Below, piece by piece: positions 17,670-27,640 of a stretch of 49,813 nt of DNA. The position numbers and the translations under genes were made by a program. The notes beneath the pieces are model-generated. The model had not been told where the DNA came from, did no database searches, and saw only the letters and a list, made by a program, of their open reading frames with translations. Position 1 is the stretch's first letter. The number at the start of each line of letters is the position of its first letter. This DNA is from Alphaproteobacteria bacterium. GTDB lineage: Bacteria > Pseudomonadota > Alphaproteobacteria > GCA-2731375. The stretch covers positions 1-49,813 of the forward strand of contig JAKZRK010000088.1 in NCBI GenBank assembly GCA_047518225.1, given 5' to 3'.

Positions 17670-18503
17670 TTACTTGGCCTGAAATTCGGCCTTTTCTTCC
17701 ATCCTCTGGGTATGCATGCCGATGATCGCAGCCGCGGTTTCCTCGATCGAACGGCGGGTGACATCAATTCTGGGCCAACCCTTGCTGTCGAACAGGCGCC
17801 GGGCATTGACCACTTCTTCTTTTACGGACTGCATATCCACATAATCAGTGTCTTCATCCTGGTTCAAGTATTTCAAGCGGTTGCGTCGTATTTGGACCAG
17901 TCGGTCCGGCGATGCGGTCAGACCGACGATCAGGACATCATCCAAATGCATTAATAAATCGGGTAGGGGAATGCCCGGCACCAGGGGAATATTAGCGGCT
18001 TTCAGGCCTCGGTTGGCCAGATACATGCAGGTGGGTGTCTTGGATGTGCGGGAAATACCTATCAAGATGACATCGGCCCGGTGAAATCCATCGACGGACT
18101 GGCCGTCGTCATGGTGTAAACTGAATTGCATTGCATCGATACGACCGAAATAGTCGGCGTCCATGATGTGTTGTCGTCCCGGTAATTCGCGGCTTTCGGC
18201 GCCGAGAAAATTTTCCAGCGCGCCGAGAATGGGATCCAGCACGGGCACGCAGGGGACTTGCAGGCGGCGACATTCCTCACGCAGATTTTCCCGCAGATTG
18301 TGATCCACCAGCGTGAACATCACCAGTCCCGGGTTTTTCTCGATCGCGGCAATAACCGGTAGAAGCAAAGCTTCGGAGCGCACCATTGTCCACATATGGC
18401 GGTTCGGCTCCGCCCCTTCGAATTGCACCAATACCGCCGCCGCCAGGGAAATCAAGGTATCGCCCGTGGCATCGGATACCAGGTGCAAATGAAATTTCGT
18501 CAT
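17670..18503 (-). CDS. kinase/pyrophosphorylase (PpsR / PDRP-like, DUF299)
   Basis: N-terminus FHLHLVSDATGDT and P-loop-like GISRTSKTP typical of the bifunctional PEP-synthase / PPDK regulatory protein family. This is the gene that classically flanks alphaproteobacterial oriC. Confidence 0.88.
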   Translation of the reverse strand: MTKFHLHLVSDATGDTLISLAAAVLVQFEGAEPNRHMWTMVRSEALLLPVIAAIEKNPGLVMFTLVDHNLRENLREECRRLQVPCVPVLDPILGALENFLGAESRELPGRQHIMDADYFGRIDAMQFSLHHDDGQSVDGFHRADVILIGISRTSKTPTCMYLANRGLKAANIPLVPGIPLPDLLMHLDDVLIVGLTASPDRLVQIRRNRLKYLNQDEDTDYVDMQSVKEEVVNARRLFDSKGWPRIDVTRRSIEETAAAIIGMHTQRMEEKAEFQAK

Positions 18504-18930
18504 TGCGGTTCAAAAGCCTTTTGCAGGTTGAAAATCAGAATCACGAAAATTGTTAGTGACGGGGATAAGCCGCCCTTTTCGGACTGACAAGGAAAATTGC
18601 GCACCTTGAGAGATTTTCCGTACCTCTGCTTTCTAGGCTCTTATCGCCAGCCTGATTTCGAATCGAAATGCCGTGAGTATTTTCATGGCGCGCCTTCTAT
18701 CCCGAATATCCCCATGCCGCACGGCCTGATCTTGTCCCGAAATTGATCTTTTATCCCCATCAAACACCAAGGCGGATGGATTGGGGACGAATTTCGGGAC
18801 GAATCGAGGCACCGGCCTTAATCCCCGATTTTCACAGGGATTCACTAACTACCACTATCTATCTTTTAAAAATATTATATGTAAAAAGATTAAAAATTGG
18901 ATTGAGTCTAAAGGACATGGGACGCGAATA
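18504..18930. other. candidate chromosomal replication origin (oriC)
   Basis: Non-coding gap between the divergent DUF299 gene and hemE. DnaA-box-like 9-mers are TTATCCCCA (18751-18759), ATATCCCCA (18706-18714), TAATCCCCG (18819-18827), TTATCCCCG on the minus strand (18560-18568) and TTATCGCCA (18641-18649). An AT-rich stretch of about 50 bp lies at 18856-18903. There are five GANTC sites. Confidence 0.55.
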
Positions 18931-19977
18931 ATGCAGACAGAAGACAAATTGCTTATTCGCGCCCTGCGGGGTGAGAGACTGGCCCGGCCGCCCTTTTGGT
19001 TAATGCGGCAGGCCGGCCGGTATTTGGCGGAGTACCGCACAACGCGCGAACAAGCGGGCAGCTTTCTGGACCTTTGTTTTAATGCCGATCTGGCCACGGA
19101 AGTCACGTTGCAGCCAATCCGGCGGTTCGGCATGGATGGTGCCATATTATTTGCCGATATCTTGTTGATTCCCCATGGCTTGGGCCAGGCCCTGGATTAT
19201 CGCGAGGGTGAGGGGCCGATACTGGAGCCAATCCGAAGTATCACGGAATTGGCGGCATTGCGCATGGATGATTTGCACCGGCGGGTGGCACCGGTGTACG
19301 AGACCGTCAGCCGCCTGGCGGCGGCATTACCCGATAATGTGGCGCTGATCGGGTTCGCCGGCGCGCCTTGGACCGTGGCCACCTATATGGTCGAGGGCAA
19401 GGGCAGCCGCGATCATGCGGTTGTGAAACAATGGGCCTATGGCGATCCGGACGGCTTTGGCCAGCTGATCGAATTGTTGGTGACGGCCACGGTGGAATAC
19501 CTCGGTAAGCAGGTGGATGCCGGCGCCGAGGCGGTGCAACTGTTTGATACCTGGGCCGGGGCGTTATCGGAAACCGCCTTTCAGCGCTGGTGTATCGAAC
19601 CGGTACGACAGATTGCGGAGCAATTGCGGCAAAAGTATCCCGATCTTCCCATTATTGGCTTTCCCCGTGGTGCCGGCGCCGGATATAGGGCTTTTGTCCA
19701 GGCGGCGGGCGTCAACGGCGTCAGCCTGGATTGGACCGTGCCATTGGATTGGGCCGTGGCGGAATTGCAGGGGCCCAATTCACAGGGCAAGGTCACCTTG
19801 CAAGGCAATCTGGATCCCCGGCTTCTGGTCATTGGCGGGCCGGCCATGGACAGGGAGGTGCGGCGAATCCTGGAAACCCTGGGACAAGGGCCCTTCATTT
19901 TCAATCTGGGCCATGGCATCGTACCCGAGACGCCACCTGAACATGTGGGCCGCCTGGCTGACATACTGCGCGGCTGA
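18931..19977 (+). CDS. hemE: uroporphyrinogen decarboxylase
   Basis: PPFWLMRQAGRYL signature. ATG 18931 preferred; the track ORF start 18781 extends into the intergenic origin region. Confidence 0.93.
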   Translation: MQTEDKLLIRALRGERLARPPFWLMRQAGRYLAEYRTTREQAGSFLDLCFNADLATEVTLQPIRRFGMDGAILFADILLIPHGLGQALDYREGEGPILEPIRSITELAALRMDDLHRRVAPVYETVSRLAAALPDNVALIGFAGAPWTVATYMVEGKGSRDHAVVKQWAYGDPDGFGQLIELLVTATVEYLGKQVDAGAEAVQLFDTWAGALSETAFQRWCIEPVRQIAEQLRQKYPDLPIIGFPRGAGAGYRAFVQAAGVNGVSLDWTVPLDWAVAELQGPNSQGKVTLQGNLDPRLLVIGGPAMDREVRRILETLGQGPFIFNLGHGIVPETPPEHVGRLADILRG

Positions 19978-20011
19978 CGGTGGGATCGGCGGATGGGGGG
20001 AATAGGTCTGA

Positions 20012-21067
20012 ATGTCACGGGTCGCGGTAATTTTATTCAACCTTGGTGGTCCAGACAGCCTTGATTCAGTCAGACCTTTTTTGCGCAATTTGTTCTCCGA
20101 TCCTGCGATTATTACCGCGCCGGCGGCACTTCGTTGGTTTCTGGCGCGGCTGATTTCGGCCCGCCGGGCAGGCCATGCCCGATCGATTTATGCCAAGATC
20201 GGCGGCAGTTCTCCGATCCGGACCCAAACGGAAAAACAAGCCAGGGCGCTGGAAGCGGCATTGGCCGACCTGGGCACGGTCAAAGCCTTTCCCTGTATGC
20301 GCTATTGGCATCCTTTCAGTGATGACGTAGTCCGGACGGTGGCAGAATTTGCGCCGGATCAGATTGTTCTTCTGCCCCTATATCCGCAGTTTTCAACGAC
20401 GACGTCCGGTTCGTCGATTAACGATTGGCGCCGCGCGGCAATATCGGCGGGCCTGGAGGCACCGCAACGAGCGGTCTGCTGCTATGCCCGGGAGACCGGC
20501 TTTATCGCCGCGCAGGTGGCGCTGATCGCGCCTATGTTGCGCGCTGCGATGGAAAAAGGGCCGGCCAGATTGCTGCTGTCGGCCCATGGCCTGCCGGAAA
20601 AAATAATTGCCCGTGGCGATCCTTATCAATGGCTGGTTGAACAAACTTGTTCGGCTATTATCGCGGATTTGGCGGTGTTGGGTTTCGCGGATCTGGATTG
20701 GCGCGTTTGTTACCAAAGCCGCGTTGGACCCCTGGAATGGATTGGACCCGCGACCGATGATGAGATTGTCCGGGCCGGCGAAAAGGGCATGGGCGTCGTG
20801 CTTGTGCCCGTTGCCTTTGTCTCGGAACATTCGGAAACTTTGGTCGAGCTGGATATTGATTATCATAATTTGGCGAAAACATCGGGGGTAAGCAGCTATG
20901 CCCGGGTCCCCACGGTCGGCACCCAGGCGCAATTTATCGCCGGGCTGGCGTCAATGACCCGCACGGCATTGACCTGGTCCGGGCCGGGTGCCCGTTGCGG
21001 CAAGGGCAATGACAGCCGTTGTTGTCCGGCGGGCTTGACCGCTTGTGGATGGGGCGGCGGATCATGA
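20012..21067 (+). CDS. hemH: ferrochelatase
   Basis: VILFNLGGPD N-terminus, LPLYPQFS, SAHGLP, VSEHSETL motifs. Confidence 0.93.
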   Translation: MSRVAVILFNLGGPDSLDSVRPFLRNLFSDPAIITAPAALRWFLARLISARRAGHARSIYAKIGGSSPIRTQTEKQARALEAALADLGTVKAFPCMRYWHPFSDDVVRTVAEFAPDQIVLLPLYPQFSTTTSGSSINDWRRAAISAGLEAPQRAVCCYARETGFIAAQVALIAPMLRAAMEKGPARLLLSAHGLPEKIIARGDPYQWLVEQTCSAIIADLAVLGFADLDWRVCYQSRVGPLEWIGPATDDEIVRAGEKGMGVVLVPVAFVSEHSETLVELDIDYHNLAKTSGVSSYARVPTVGTQAQFIAGLASMTRTALTWSGPGARCGKGNDSRCCPAGLTACGWGGGS

Positions 21068-21528
21068 ACGAATTTCTTTTACAATGGTATAGCTGGATCA
21101 AGGCCCTGCACATCATCGCGGTGATCGCCTGGATGGCGGGAATGTTGTATCTGCCGCGTCTTTATGTCTATCACGCGGGCTCGGCGGTCGGCTCCGAGCT
21201 ATCGGAAACCCTCAAGGTGATGGAGCGGCGCTTATTGCGGGCAACAATCAATCCGGCAATGATTTTGGCGCTGATTTTTGGTCTTTGCTTGCTTTTTACG
21301 CCAGGTTTGGTGGATTTTGACGAATATTGGATCTGGATTAAGCTGTTTTGTGCCATCGTCGGCTTAGGCGGCATGCATGCCTGGCTGTCGCGCTGGCGCA
21401 AGGCCTTTGCCGAGGACTGCAATGTCCATTCAGTTGGATTTTACCGTAAGATCAATGAAATTCCCACCGTTTTGATGATAATCATCGTGATTATGGTGAT
21501 TGTGCGACCTTTTGAATCGATATGGTAG
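21064..21528 (+). CDS. hemJ: protoporphyrinogen oxidase HemJ (UPF0093 / CopD-like membrane protein)
   Basis: WIKALHIIAVIAWMAGMLYLPRLYVYH N-terminus typical of HemJ. ATG 21064 forms an ATGA overlap with the hemH stop. Confidence 0.85.
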   Translation: MNEFLLQWYSWIKALHIIAVIAWMAGMLYLPRLYVYHAGSAVGSELSETLKVMERRLLRATINPAMILALIFGLCLLFTPGLVDFDEYWIWIKLFCAIVGLGGMHAWLSRWRKAFAEDCNVHSVGFYRKINEIPTVLMIIIVIMVIVRPFESIW

Positions 21529-21539
21529 GAGATCACGCC

Positions 21540-22304
21540 ATGGCGGACGGTATTCTAACAGGGAAAGTCGCTTTAATTACGGGCGCGGCGCGGGGCATTG
21601 GGTTGGCCAGTGCCCAGGCTTTTGCCAATGAAGGCGCGGCGGTGGGACTGTTGGATCTGGATACTGCCACGGCGGAGGCCGGGGCGGCGGCGATCGTTGC
21701 GGGTGGCGCCCGGGCCATGGCCTGTCATTGCGATGTGCGCGATGCGGCCTCCGTCCAGGGGGCGGTGAACGCGGTCGCGGAAACCTTTGGGCCCATCAAC
21801 ATAGGCATGTGTAATGCCGCCACCCTGACCCAGCCCGCCAGTATCGTGGAGCTGTCTCTGGAAGATTGGAACCAGGCCCTGGCCGTCAATCTAACCGGCG
21901 TGTTCCTGACGTCTAAATATTTGATTCCACAAATGTTATCGGCGGGTGGCGGCTCTATCATCATCACCGCCTCGCAGATGGCGCGGGTCGCAACGCCGCT
22001 GCGTGGGGCCTATTGCGCCACCAAGGGCGCTTTGTTGCAGTTGGCCAAGGTCATTGCGCTGGAGCATGCGGCGCAGAATATCCGGGCCAACACATTGTCG
22101 CCGGGGGGTATTGCCACGGACCGTCTGGCCCGGCAATTTGGCGATCTGGAAACCGCGGAACGGGAATGGGGCCCGGCCCATCCCATGGGCCGCCTGGGCC
22201 AGCCAGGGGAAATCGCCCGCGCGGCAGTCTATCTGGCCGGCGATGACTCCCGTTTCATGACCGGTTCCGATCTGTTGATCGATGGCGGTTACGCGGCGCG
22301 ATAG
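21540..22304 (+). CDS. SDR-family oxidoreductase
   Basis: [11 protein letters not shown](T), YCATKGA (YxxxK). ATG 21540 preferred over the track start 21522. Confidence 0.85.
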   Translation: MADGILTGKVALITGAARGIGLASAQAFANEGAAVGLLDLDTATAEAGAAAIVAGGARAMACHCDVRDAASVQGAVNAVAETFGPINIGMCNAATLTQPASIVELSLEDWNQALAVNLTGVFLTSKYLIPQMLSAGGGSIIITASQMARVATPLRGAYCATKGALLQLAKVIALEHAAQNIRANTLSPGGIATDRLARQFGDLETAEREWGPAHPMGRLGQPGEIARAAVYLAGDDSRFMTGSDLLIDGGYAAR

Positions 22305-22558
22305 GGCATCCGGGTCCTAGTGGAATAGCAACGCGGATTAATTTGCGACGAATTCTTGCTTTCGCTGCGTCCCCACCTATGTTAGGTGAAGATCACGGAC
22401 CAAGGCCAACGGTGCCGTCCGGCGCCGCGTTTCGAGTTCTCCTCTCGGCGAGCCTCTTTTTCCACCTATCTATTCGGTTGATGCCGCGGTTACGGCGTTG
22501 TCCAGCGAAGCCCGATTTCACGCCCATTTTCCCTTCCCAGCAAGCAAACGATAAAAAT

Positions 22559-23815
22559 ATGAAACTGCAAGAATTAAAGGCGATGTCGCCGATCGACCTT
22601 CTGGCCTATGCCGAGGAACAGGAGGTTGAAAATGCCTCGTCGCTGCGGCGGCAAGAGCAGATGTTCGCGATTTTGAAGCTCGCCGCCGATAATAGTGAAG
22701 AAATCACCGGCGTCGGGGTTCTGGAAATCCTGCAGGACGGCTTTGGTTTTTTGCGCGCGCCGGAGGCCAACTACCTACCCGGACCGGATGACATTTATGT
22801 CTCGCCGTCGCAAATCCGGCGCTTTTCCCTGCGCACCGGGGATACCATTGAAGGAGAGATCCGCGCGCCCAAGGATGGCGAGCGTTATTTTGCTTTGTTG
22901 AAGGTCAAGAGCATTAATTTCAGTGATCCGGAAGAGGCCAAGCACAAGGTTCATTTCGATGACCTGACGCCGTTGTATCCAGATGAACGGCTGGTCATGG
23001 AACGGGATGATCCGACCCTGGAGGACAAGACCGGCCGGGTGATCGAGTTGGTATCGCCGATCGGCAAGGGCCAGCGGGCCCTGATCGTGGCGCAACCGCG
23101 TACCGGCAAGACTGTTATTCTGCAATCCATTGCCCATTCCATCATGGCCAACCATCCCGAATGCTTCCTGATCGTCCTGTTGATCGACGAGCGGCCGGAG
23201 GAAGTCACCGATATGAAACGATCGGTGAGTGGCGAGGTGATCAGCTCAACATTCGACGAGCCCGCCTCGCGCCATGTTCAAGTTGCGGAGATGGTGATCG
23301 ATAAGGCCAAACGCCTGGTGGAACACAAGCGCGACGTGGTGATCCTGTTGGATTCCATCACCCGCCTGGCGCGGGCCTACAACACGGTGGTGCCGTCATC
23401 GGGCAAGGTGCTGACCGGTGGCGTGGACGCCAACGCCCTGCAACGGCCGAAACGCTTCTTCGGCGCGGCCCGGAATATTGAAGAGGGCGGTTCGTTGACC
23501 ATTATTTCCACCGCCCTGATCGATACCGGCAGCCGCATGGACGAGGTGATTTTCGAGGAGTTCAAGGGCACGGGCAACTCGGAGATCGTGCTGGACCGCA
23601 AATTGGCGGACAAGCGGGTCTTTCCGGCCATCGATATTATCAAATCCGGTACCCGCAAGGAAGAGTTGTTGGTGGAAAAGGGCGCCTTGGCGAAAATGTG
23701 GGTGCTGCGGCGCATCCTCAACCCCATGGGTACCATGGACGCCATGGACTTCCTGTTGGGCAAGCTGAAGGCCACCAAGGACAACAACGAGTTCTTCGAT
23801 TCCATGAACACCTAG
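22559..23815 (+). CDS. rho: transcription termination factor Rho
   Basis: N-terminal Rho_N ([15 protein letters not shown]...), RNA-binding domain (GFGFLR), Walker A PRTGKT, C-terminal [12 protein letters not shown] 22559 preferred over the track start 22343. Confidence 0.95.
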   Translation: MKLQELKAMSPIDLLAYAEEQEVENASSLRRQEQMFAILKLAADNSEEITGVGVLEILQDGFGFLRAPEANYLPGPDDIYVSPSQIRRFSLRTGDTIEGEIRAPKDGERYFALLKVKSINFSDPEEAKHKVHFDDLTPLYPDERLVMERDDPTLEDKTGRVIELVSPIGKGQRALIVAQPRTGKTVILQSIAHSIMANHPECFLIVLLIDERPEEVTDMKRSVSGEVISSTFDEPASRHVQVAEMVIDKAKRLVEHKRDVVILLDSITRLARAYNTVVPSSGKVLTGGVDANALQRPKRFFGAARNIEEGGSLTIISTALIDTGSRMDEVIFEEFKGTGNSEIVLDRKLADKRVFPAIDIIKSGTRKEELLVEKGALAKMWVLRRILNPMGTMDAMDFLLGKLKATKDNNEFFDSMNT

Positions 23816-23848
23816 GAGCGGTCTTGAAATAGTCTAAGATATAGAAAA

Positions 23849-23890
23849 GGGCCGCGCTGGCGACAGCGCGGCCCTAGTTTTATGTTTTTA
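23849..23890. terminator. intrinsic (bidirectional) terminator between rho and the convergent qor-like gene
   Basis: An 11-bp GC stem, GGGCCGCGCTG (23849-23859) / CAGCGCGGCCC (23864-23874), with loop GCGA. It is preceded by AAAA and followed by TAGTTTTATGTTTTT. Confidence 0.65.
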
Positions 23891-23918
23891 CGCGAAATTC
23901 CCGCGATTTCGTTCAAAA

Positions 23919-24893
23919 CTATGGAATTAAGACGGTTGATCCCGTGGTTTTGCGGTTTTGCAGGTCTTTGTGAGCCTTTTTCGCGTCCTTTAGGGCATAG
24001 GTCTGATTGATTTCGATCTTGACCTTGCCGCTTTTCACTACGGCGAACAAAGCTTTCGAGCAGGCCTCCAACTCCTTGCGGTTGGAGGTATAGGTGACCA
24101 GGCTGGGACGGGTCAGGTATAGGGATCCCTTGGCGCCAAGAATGGCCGGCGCGAAACTATTCACCGGACCAGAGGCGTTGCCAAATGACACCATATGGCC
24201 GCGGGGCTGCAGGCAATCGAGGGAGCCGTCCCAGGTCGATTTACCGATCGAATCATAGACCACGGGCACGCCCTCCTTTTTGGTCAGGCGGGCGACCTCC
24301 TTGGCGAAATCCGTTTTGGTGTAGTCGATAACCTCGGCATAGCCGTGAGCCTTGGCCAGCCTTACCTTGGCGGCACCGCCCGCGGTACCGATGGCACGGA
24401 CGCCAAGGGCGTTCAGCCACTGCCCGGCGATCAGGCCGACGCCGCCCGCGGCCGCGTGAAACAAGACCGTCTGGCCTTTCTTGACCGGATAGGTACGGCG
24501 GATCAGGTATTCCACGGTCATGCCCTTGAGCATCATGGCGGCGGCGGCTTCATCGGATATGCCACGGGGAATTTTCACCAAGGTGGCCGCGTCCATGACC
24601 CTGGCTTCGGAATAGGCACCCGGCGCGCCGCTGCCGTAGGCCACGCGGTCGCCGGGCTTGACATGCTTGACGCCAGCGCCGACGGCCTCGACCACGCCAG
24701 CGGCCTCCATGCCTAGGCCCGAGGGCAGCGGCATGGGGTACAAGCCACTACGCAGATAGGTGTCAATGTAGTTTAGACCGATGGCGGTATGGCGGATCAA
24801 GGCCTGGCCCTTTTTGGGCTTACCCAGTTTTACCTCTTCCCATTTCATCACCGATGGGCCGCCTGTTTTATGAAACTGGATTGCCTTGACCAT
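23919..24893 (-). CDS. NADPH:quinone oxidoreductase (zeta-crystallin / MDR family)
   Basis: MDR-family pattern (GLNYIDTY, AAAGGVG nucleotide-binding motif). ATG 24893 preferred over the TTG start at 24914. Confidence 0.85.
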   Translation of the reverse strand: MVKAIQFHKTGGPSVMKWEEVKLGKPKKGQALIRHTAIGLNYIDTYLRSGLYPMPLPSGLGMEAAGVVEAVGAGVKHVKPGDRVAYGSGAPGAYSEARVMDAATLVKIPRGISDEAAAAMMLKGMTVEYLIRRTYPVKKGQTVLFHAAAGGVGLIAGQWLNALGVRAIGTAGGAAKVRLAKAHGYAEVIDYTKTDFAKEVARLTKKEGVPVVYDSIGKSTWDGSLDCLQPRGHMVSFGNASGPVNSFAPAILGAKGSLYLTRPSLVTYTSNRKELEACSKALFAVVKSGKVKIEINQTYALKDAKKAHKDLQNRKTTGSTVLIP

Positions 24894-25028
24894 GTTCGTG
24901 GAGCCTTTCCCCAAGTGGATTGGTTACGATTAGTGCCGGAATTGTCGGTAGGTAATATTTGGATGGAGGAACAATAGACCCATGGGCCAAAGCTTGTCAC
25001 CTAGGAAATGGTTAGAAAACTGCCAAAC

Positions 25029-25475
25029 CTATAACAAGGCGCCTTCCAGACGTAACAGCGCGACCTTGGTTTCCAGGCCGCCTTGGCCGGAATAGCCGCC
25101 CATGCCGTTGGCGGCCAGGACCCGGTGGCAGGGGATAATCACGGGAATTGGATTGGCGCCACAGGCCATGCCGACGGCGCGGGCGGCACTGTTCAGATCT
25201 TTGGCCATGGCGCCGTAACTCCTTGTTTCTCCACAGGGAATAGATTCCATCAAATGCCAGACCCGACGCTGGAAATGGGTACCGGCAGGCACCAGTGGCA
25301 GATCGAAGGATTTTGTTCTACCATCGAAATAAGCCACCAACTGTGCCTTTGCCTGCTCCAGCAGATCGCCGGACGACTGATCCCGGGCCCAGCCCCAATC
25401 CAACGCAACCAGGGCGCCGTCTTCGCAGGTGATGGTCAGATCGCCAATGGGGGAGTGCATGGATAGTTGCGGCAT
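25029..25475 (-). CDS. ogt: methylated-DNA--protein-cysteine methyltransferase
   Basis: Active-site IPCHRV and TRSYG...A..VG.A...NP. Confidence 0.85.
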   Translation of the reverse strand: MPQLSMHSPIGDLTITCEDGALVALDWGWARDQSSGDLLEQAKAQLVAYFDGRTKSFDLPLVPAGTHFQRRVWHLMESIPCGETRSYGAMAKDLNSAARAVGMACGANPIPVIIPCHRVLAANGMGGYSGQGGLETKVALLRLEGALL

Positions 25476-25479
25476 CGCG

Positions 25480-27543
25480 TCAGTCTCCGGGGCTCATGGT
25501 CGTGGTGGCCATGGTCAGCGCGGTGTGCAGATCTTCGGGCTTGGTCTGGGGCAGGGAACAGGTTTGCCCCATACAGACATAGGCCGTGGCCCGGCCGCCA
25601 AGCTGCGTCATGCCGGTTGCCGGATGGCCGGCGGGCAAGGTCCGCTCCGGCGTCAGCACTTGATGTACCTTGTTGGGCAGGGCCAGGCTATGGACCGCCG
25701 CCAGCATATCCCTGACGGTGTCGTCGTCCCGTTCACCCATGATAACGATTTGCAATGGCCGCTGCATGAATTCAACGTTGTTCAACAATGTGGTCATGGC
25801 CAGGGCATGGCTGGCCATTTGTGCCGAAAACGACCGCGCCACGGCATCCGCCCGTTGGCCGTATGCGCCATCGCCGGTCAACAGCCAGAGCCGGGTGAGC
25901 ACACCGACCATGACCCCGTTGCCCGACGGCACCGCGTTGTCGTTGGCGTGGCGCATGCGGGCGATGACGTCCGTGGCCTGGACGGAGGAAAAATAGTACC
26001 CGCCCCGTTCCGTATCGGCGAATTGGGCTTCAACGGTTGCGACCCAGGCGCGGGCCTGTTGCAGGTAGCGCTCGGCGCCATGGATTTCGTGGAGCATCAA
26101 GGCCGCGCGGGCCATATTGGCGTAATCATCCAACAGGGCGCGATGTTTGGGCTGGCCTTGGCGATAGCCATGCATCAAGGTCCCATCCGGGGATAGTTTG
26201 TCGGCGACGAAATCAAAGGCGGTAATGGCGGCACTCGCCCAGTCCGGTTGATCGAACACGGCCGCGGCGTTGGCCATGGCGGCGATCATCAGGCCGTTCC
26301 AATCAGCCAGAACCTTGTCGTCCCAACCGGGCCGGACGCGGCTGCCGCGTTGGGCCAGCAACTTTTCACGGCAGCGCCGTAAAAAGGCTTCCTCGTCATC
26401 GGTACCCAGATCCGGCCGGGCCGATCGATTAAGGATAACTTTGCCTTCCCAATTGCCGCCGGGGGAGACATCGTAAGCGGCCTTGAAGACGGCCGTGTCA
26501 TCGCACAGGACAGCATCGATGTCGGCTTCCTGCCAAACATAGAAACGCCCTTCCTCGCCCTCGCTGTCCGCGTCCAGAGTGGCGGCAAAGCCGCCCCCCT
26601 CGACCACCATTTCATTCAATGTCCAGGCTATGGTTTCTTTAACGCGTTGATAATAAAGGGGAGTTTTGCCCGCTTGCCAGGCCAGAGTCAAAATATCAAT
26701 AAGTTGGGCGTTGTCGTACAGCATCTTTTCGAAATGCGGCGCCAGCCACCGCTCGTCCGTGGAATAGCGTGCGAATCCACCCGCCAAGTGGTCATAGATA
26801 CCGCCCTGGCACATGCCGGTCAGGGTCGTGTCCACCGCCCCCATCATGGCCTCGTCAGGCTGACGCAAGCAGCCGCGCAGGATCATTTCGATGGCATATG
26901 TCTGGGGGAACTTTGGCGCCTGGCCGACGCCGCCATGCACGGGGTCCACCTGTTTGTGCAATGTCCGCGCCACCTGGTCCAGGATATCGGGGCCAATCGC
27001 GACGGCCGGGGCCTCGGGATCGCCGGCGGCAAGCTGGTTTAGGGATTGCAGCACGGCGGCGGTATTTTTGCGCACGGCGTCCGGGTCCGTATGATAGACC
27101 TCGGTGACGCGGCGCATGATATCGGGGAAGCCCGGCCGGCCGTAACGTGCTTCCGGGGGGAAATAGGTGCCGCCCCAGAACGGCTCTCCCTCGGGCGTCA
27201 GGAACATGGTCAGGGGCCAACCGCCCTGCTGCCCCATCAATCCCAGGGCCGCCATATAAACGGCGTCAATGTCCGGGCGTTCTTCCCGGTCCACTTTAAT
27301 ATTGACAAACAGTTCGTTCATCAGGGTCGCGATGGCGGGGTTTTCAAAACATTCATGGGCCATGACGTGGCACCAATGACAGGCCGCGTAGCCCACCGAT
27401 AGCAATATTGGTTTGCCGCTGGCGCGGGCCTCGGCCAAGGCCCCATCGCCCCAGGCCCGCCAGTGCACCGGGTTGTCCTTGTGTTGCAGCAGATAGGGCG
27501 AGGTCTCGGCCCCAAGTTCGTTCGCCATGCCCATATTCCCCAT
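25480..27543 (-). CDS. thioredoxin-domain protein (DUF255 / YyaL-like, N-acylglucosamine 2-epimerase-fold C-terminus)
   Basis: N-terminus SPYLLQHKDNPVHWRAW ... GYAACHWCHVM typical of the DUF255 family. 687 aa. Confidence 0.85.
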   Translation of the reverse strand: MGNMGMANELGAETSPYLLQHKDNPVHWRAWGDGALAEARASGKPILLSVGYAACHWCHVMAHECFENPAIATLMNELFVNIKVDREERPDIDAVYMAALGLMGQQGGWPLTMFLTPEGEPFWGGTYFPPEARYGRPGFPDIMRRVTEVYHTDPDAVRKNTAAVLQSLNQLAAGDPEAPAVAIGPDILDQVARTLHKQVDPVHGGVGQAPKFPQTYAIEMILRGCLRQPDEAMMGAVDTTLTGMCQGGIYDHLAGGFARYSTDERWLAPHFEKMLYDNAQLIDILTLAWQAGKTPLYYQRVKETIAWTLNEMVVEGGGFAATLDADSEGEEGRFYVWQEADIDAVLCDDTAVFKAAYDVSPGGNWEGKVILNRSARPDLGTDDEEAFLRRCREKLLAQRGSRVRPGWDDKVLADWNGLMIAAMANAAAVFDQPDWASAAITAFDFVADKLSPDGTLMHGYRQGQPKHRALLDDYANMARAALMLHEIHGAERYLQQARAWVATVEAQFADTERGGYYFSSVQATDVIARMRHANDNAVPSGNGVMVGVLTRLWLLTGDGAYGQRADAVARSFSAQMASHALAMTTLLNNVEFMQRPLQIVIMGERDDDTVRDMLAAVHSLALPNKVHQVLTPERTLPAGHPATGMTQLGGRATAYVCMGQTCSLPQTKPEDLHTALTMATTTMSPGD

Positions 27544-27640
27544 TACCCATATCGATAAGTCGAGGCGTCATTGCCGCTGTTGATCCCCGGCACTAAGTCT
27601 GGCACGTTGATAGCCTGGGCAAAAGCAGGATATTGACGAA

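Noticed and set aside
18504-18930. CtrA boxes (TTAA-N7-TTAA) in the putative origin
   Set aside because: Several TTAA half-sites are present (for example 18818-18821 and in the AT-rich block), but none has a second TTAA at the N7 spacing.
19412-19427. Possible third parS in hemE (…GCGGTTGTGAAACA)
   Set aside because: Only the right half-site GTGAAACA matches and the left half is unrelated. Other CACGTG cores (31857, 33894, 38745, 44524) also fail the flanks.
22343-22558. Upstream in-frame extensions of conserved genes (rho from 22343; likewise hemE from 18781, mnmG from 29959, aroE from 16006, leuS from 38540, lptE from 36049, parB from 33323)
   Set aside because: The extensions lack homology to the respective families and overlap upstream genes or regulatory DNA. 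Canonical N-termini begin at internal ATGs, often with ATGA-type coupling.
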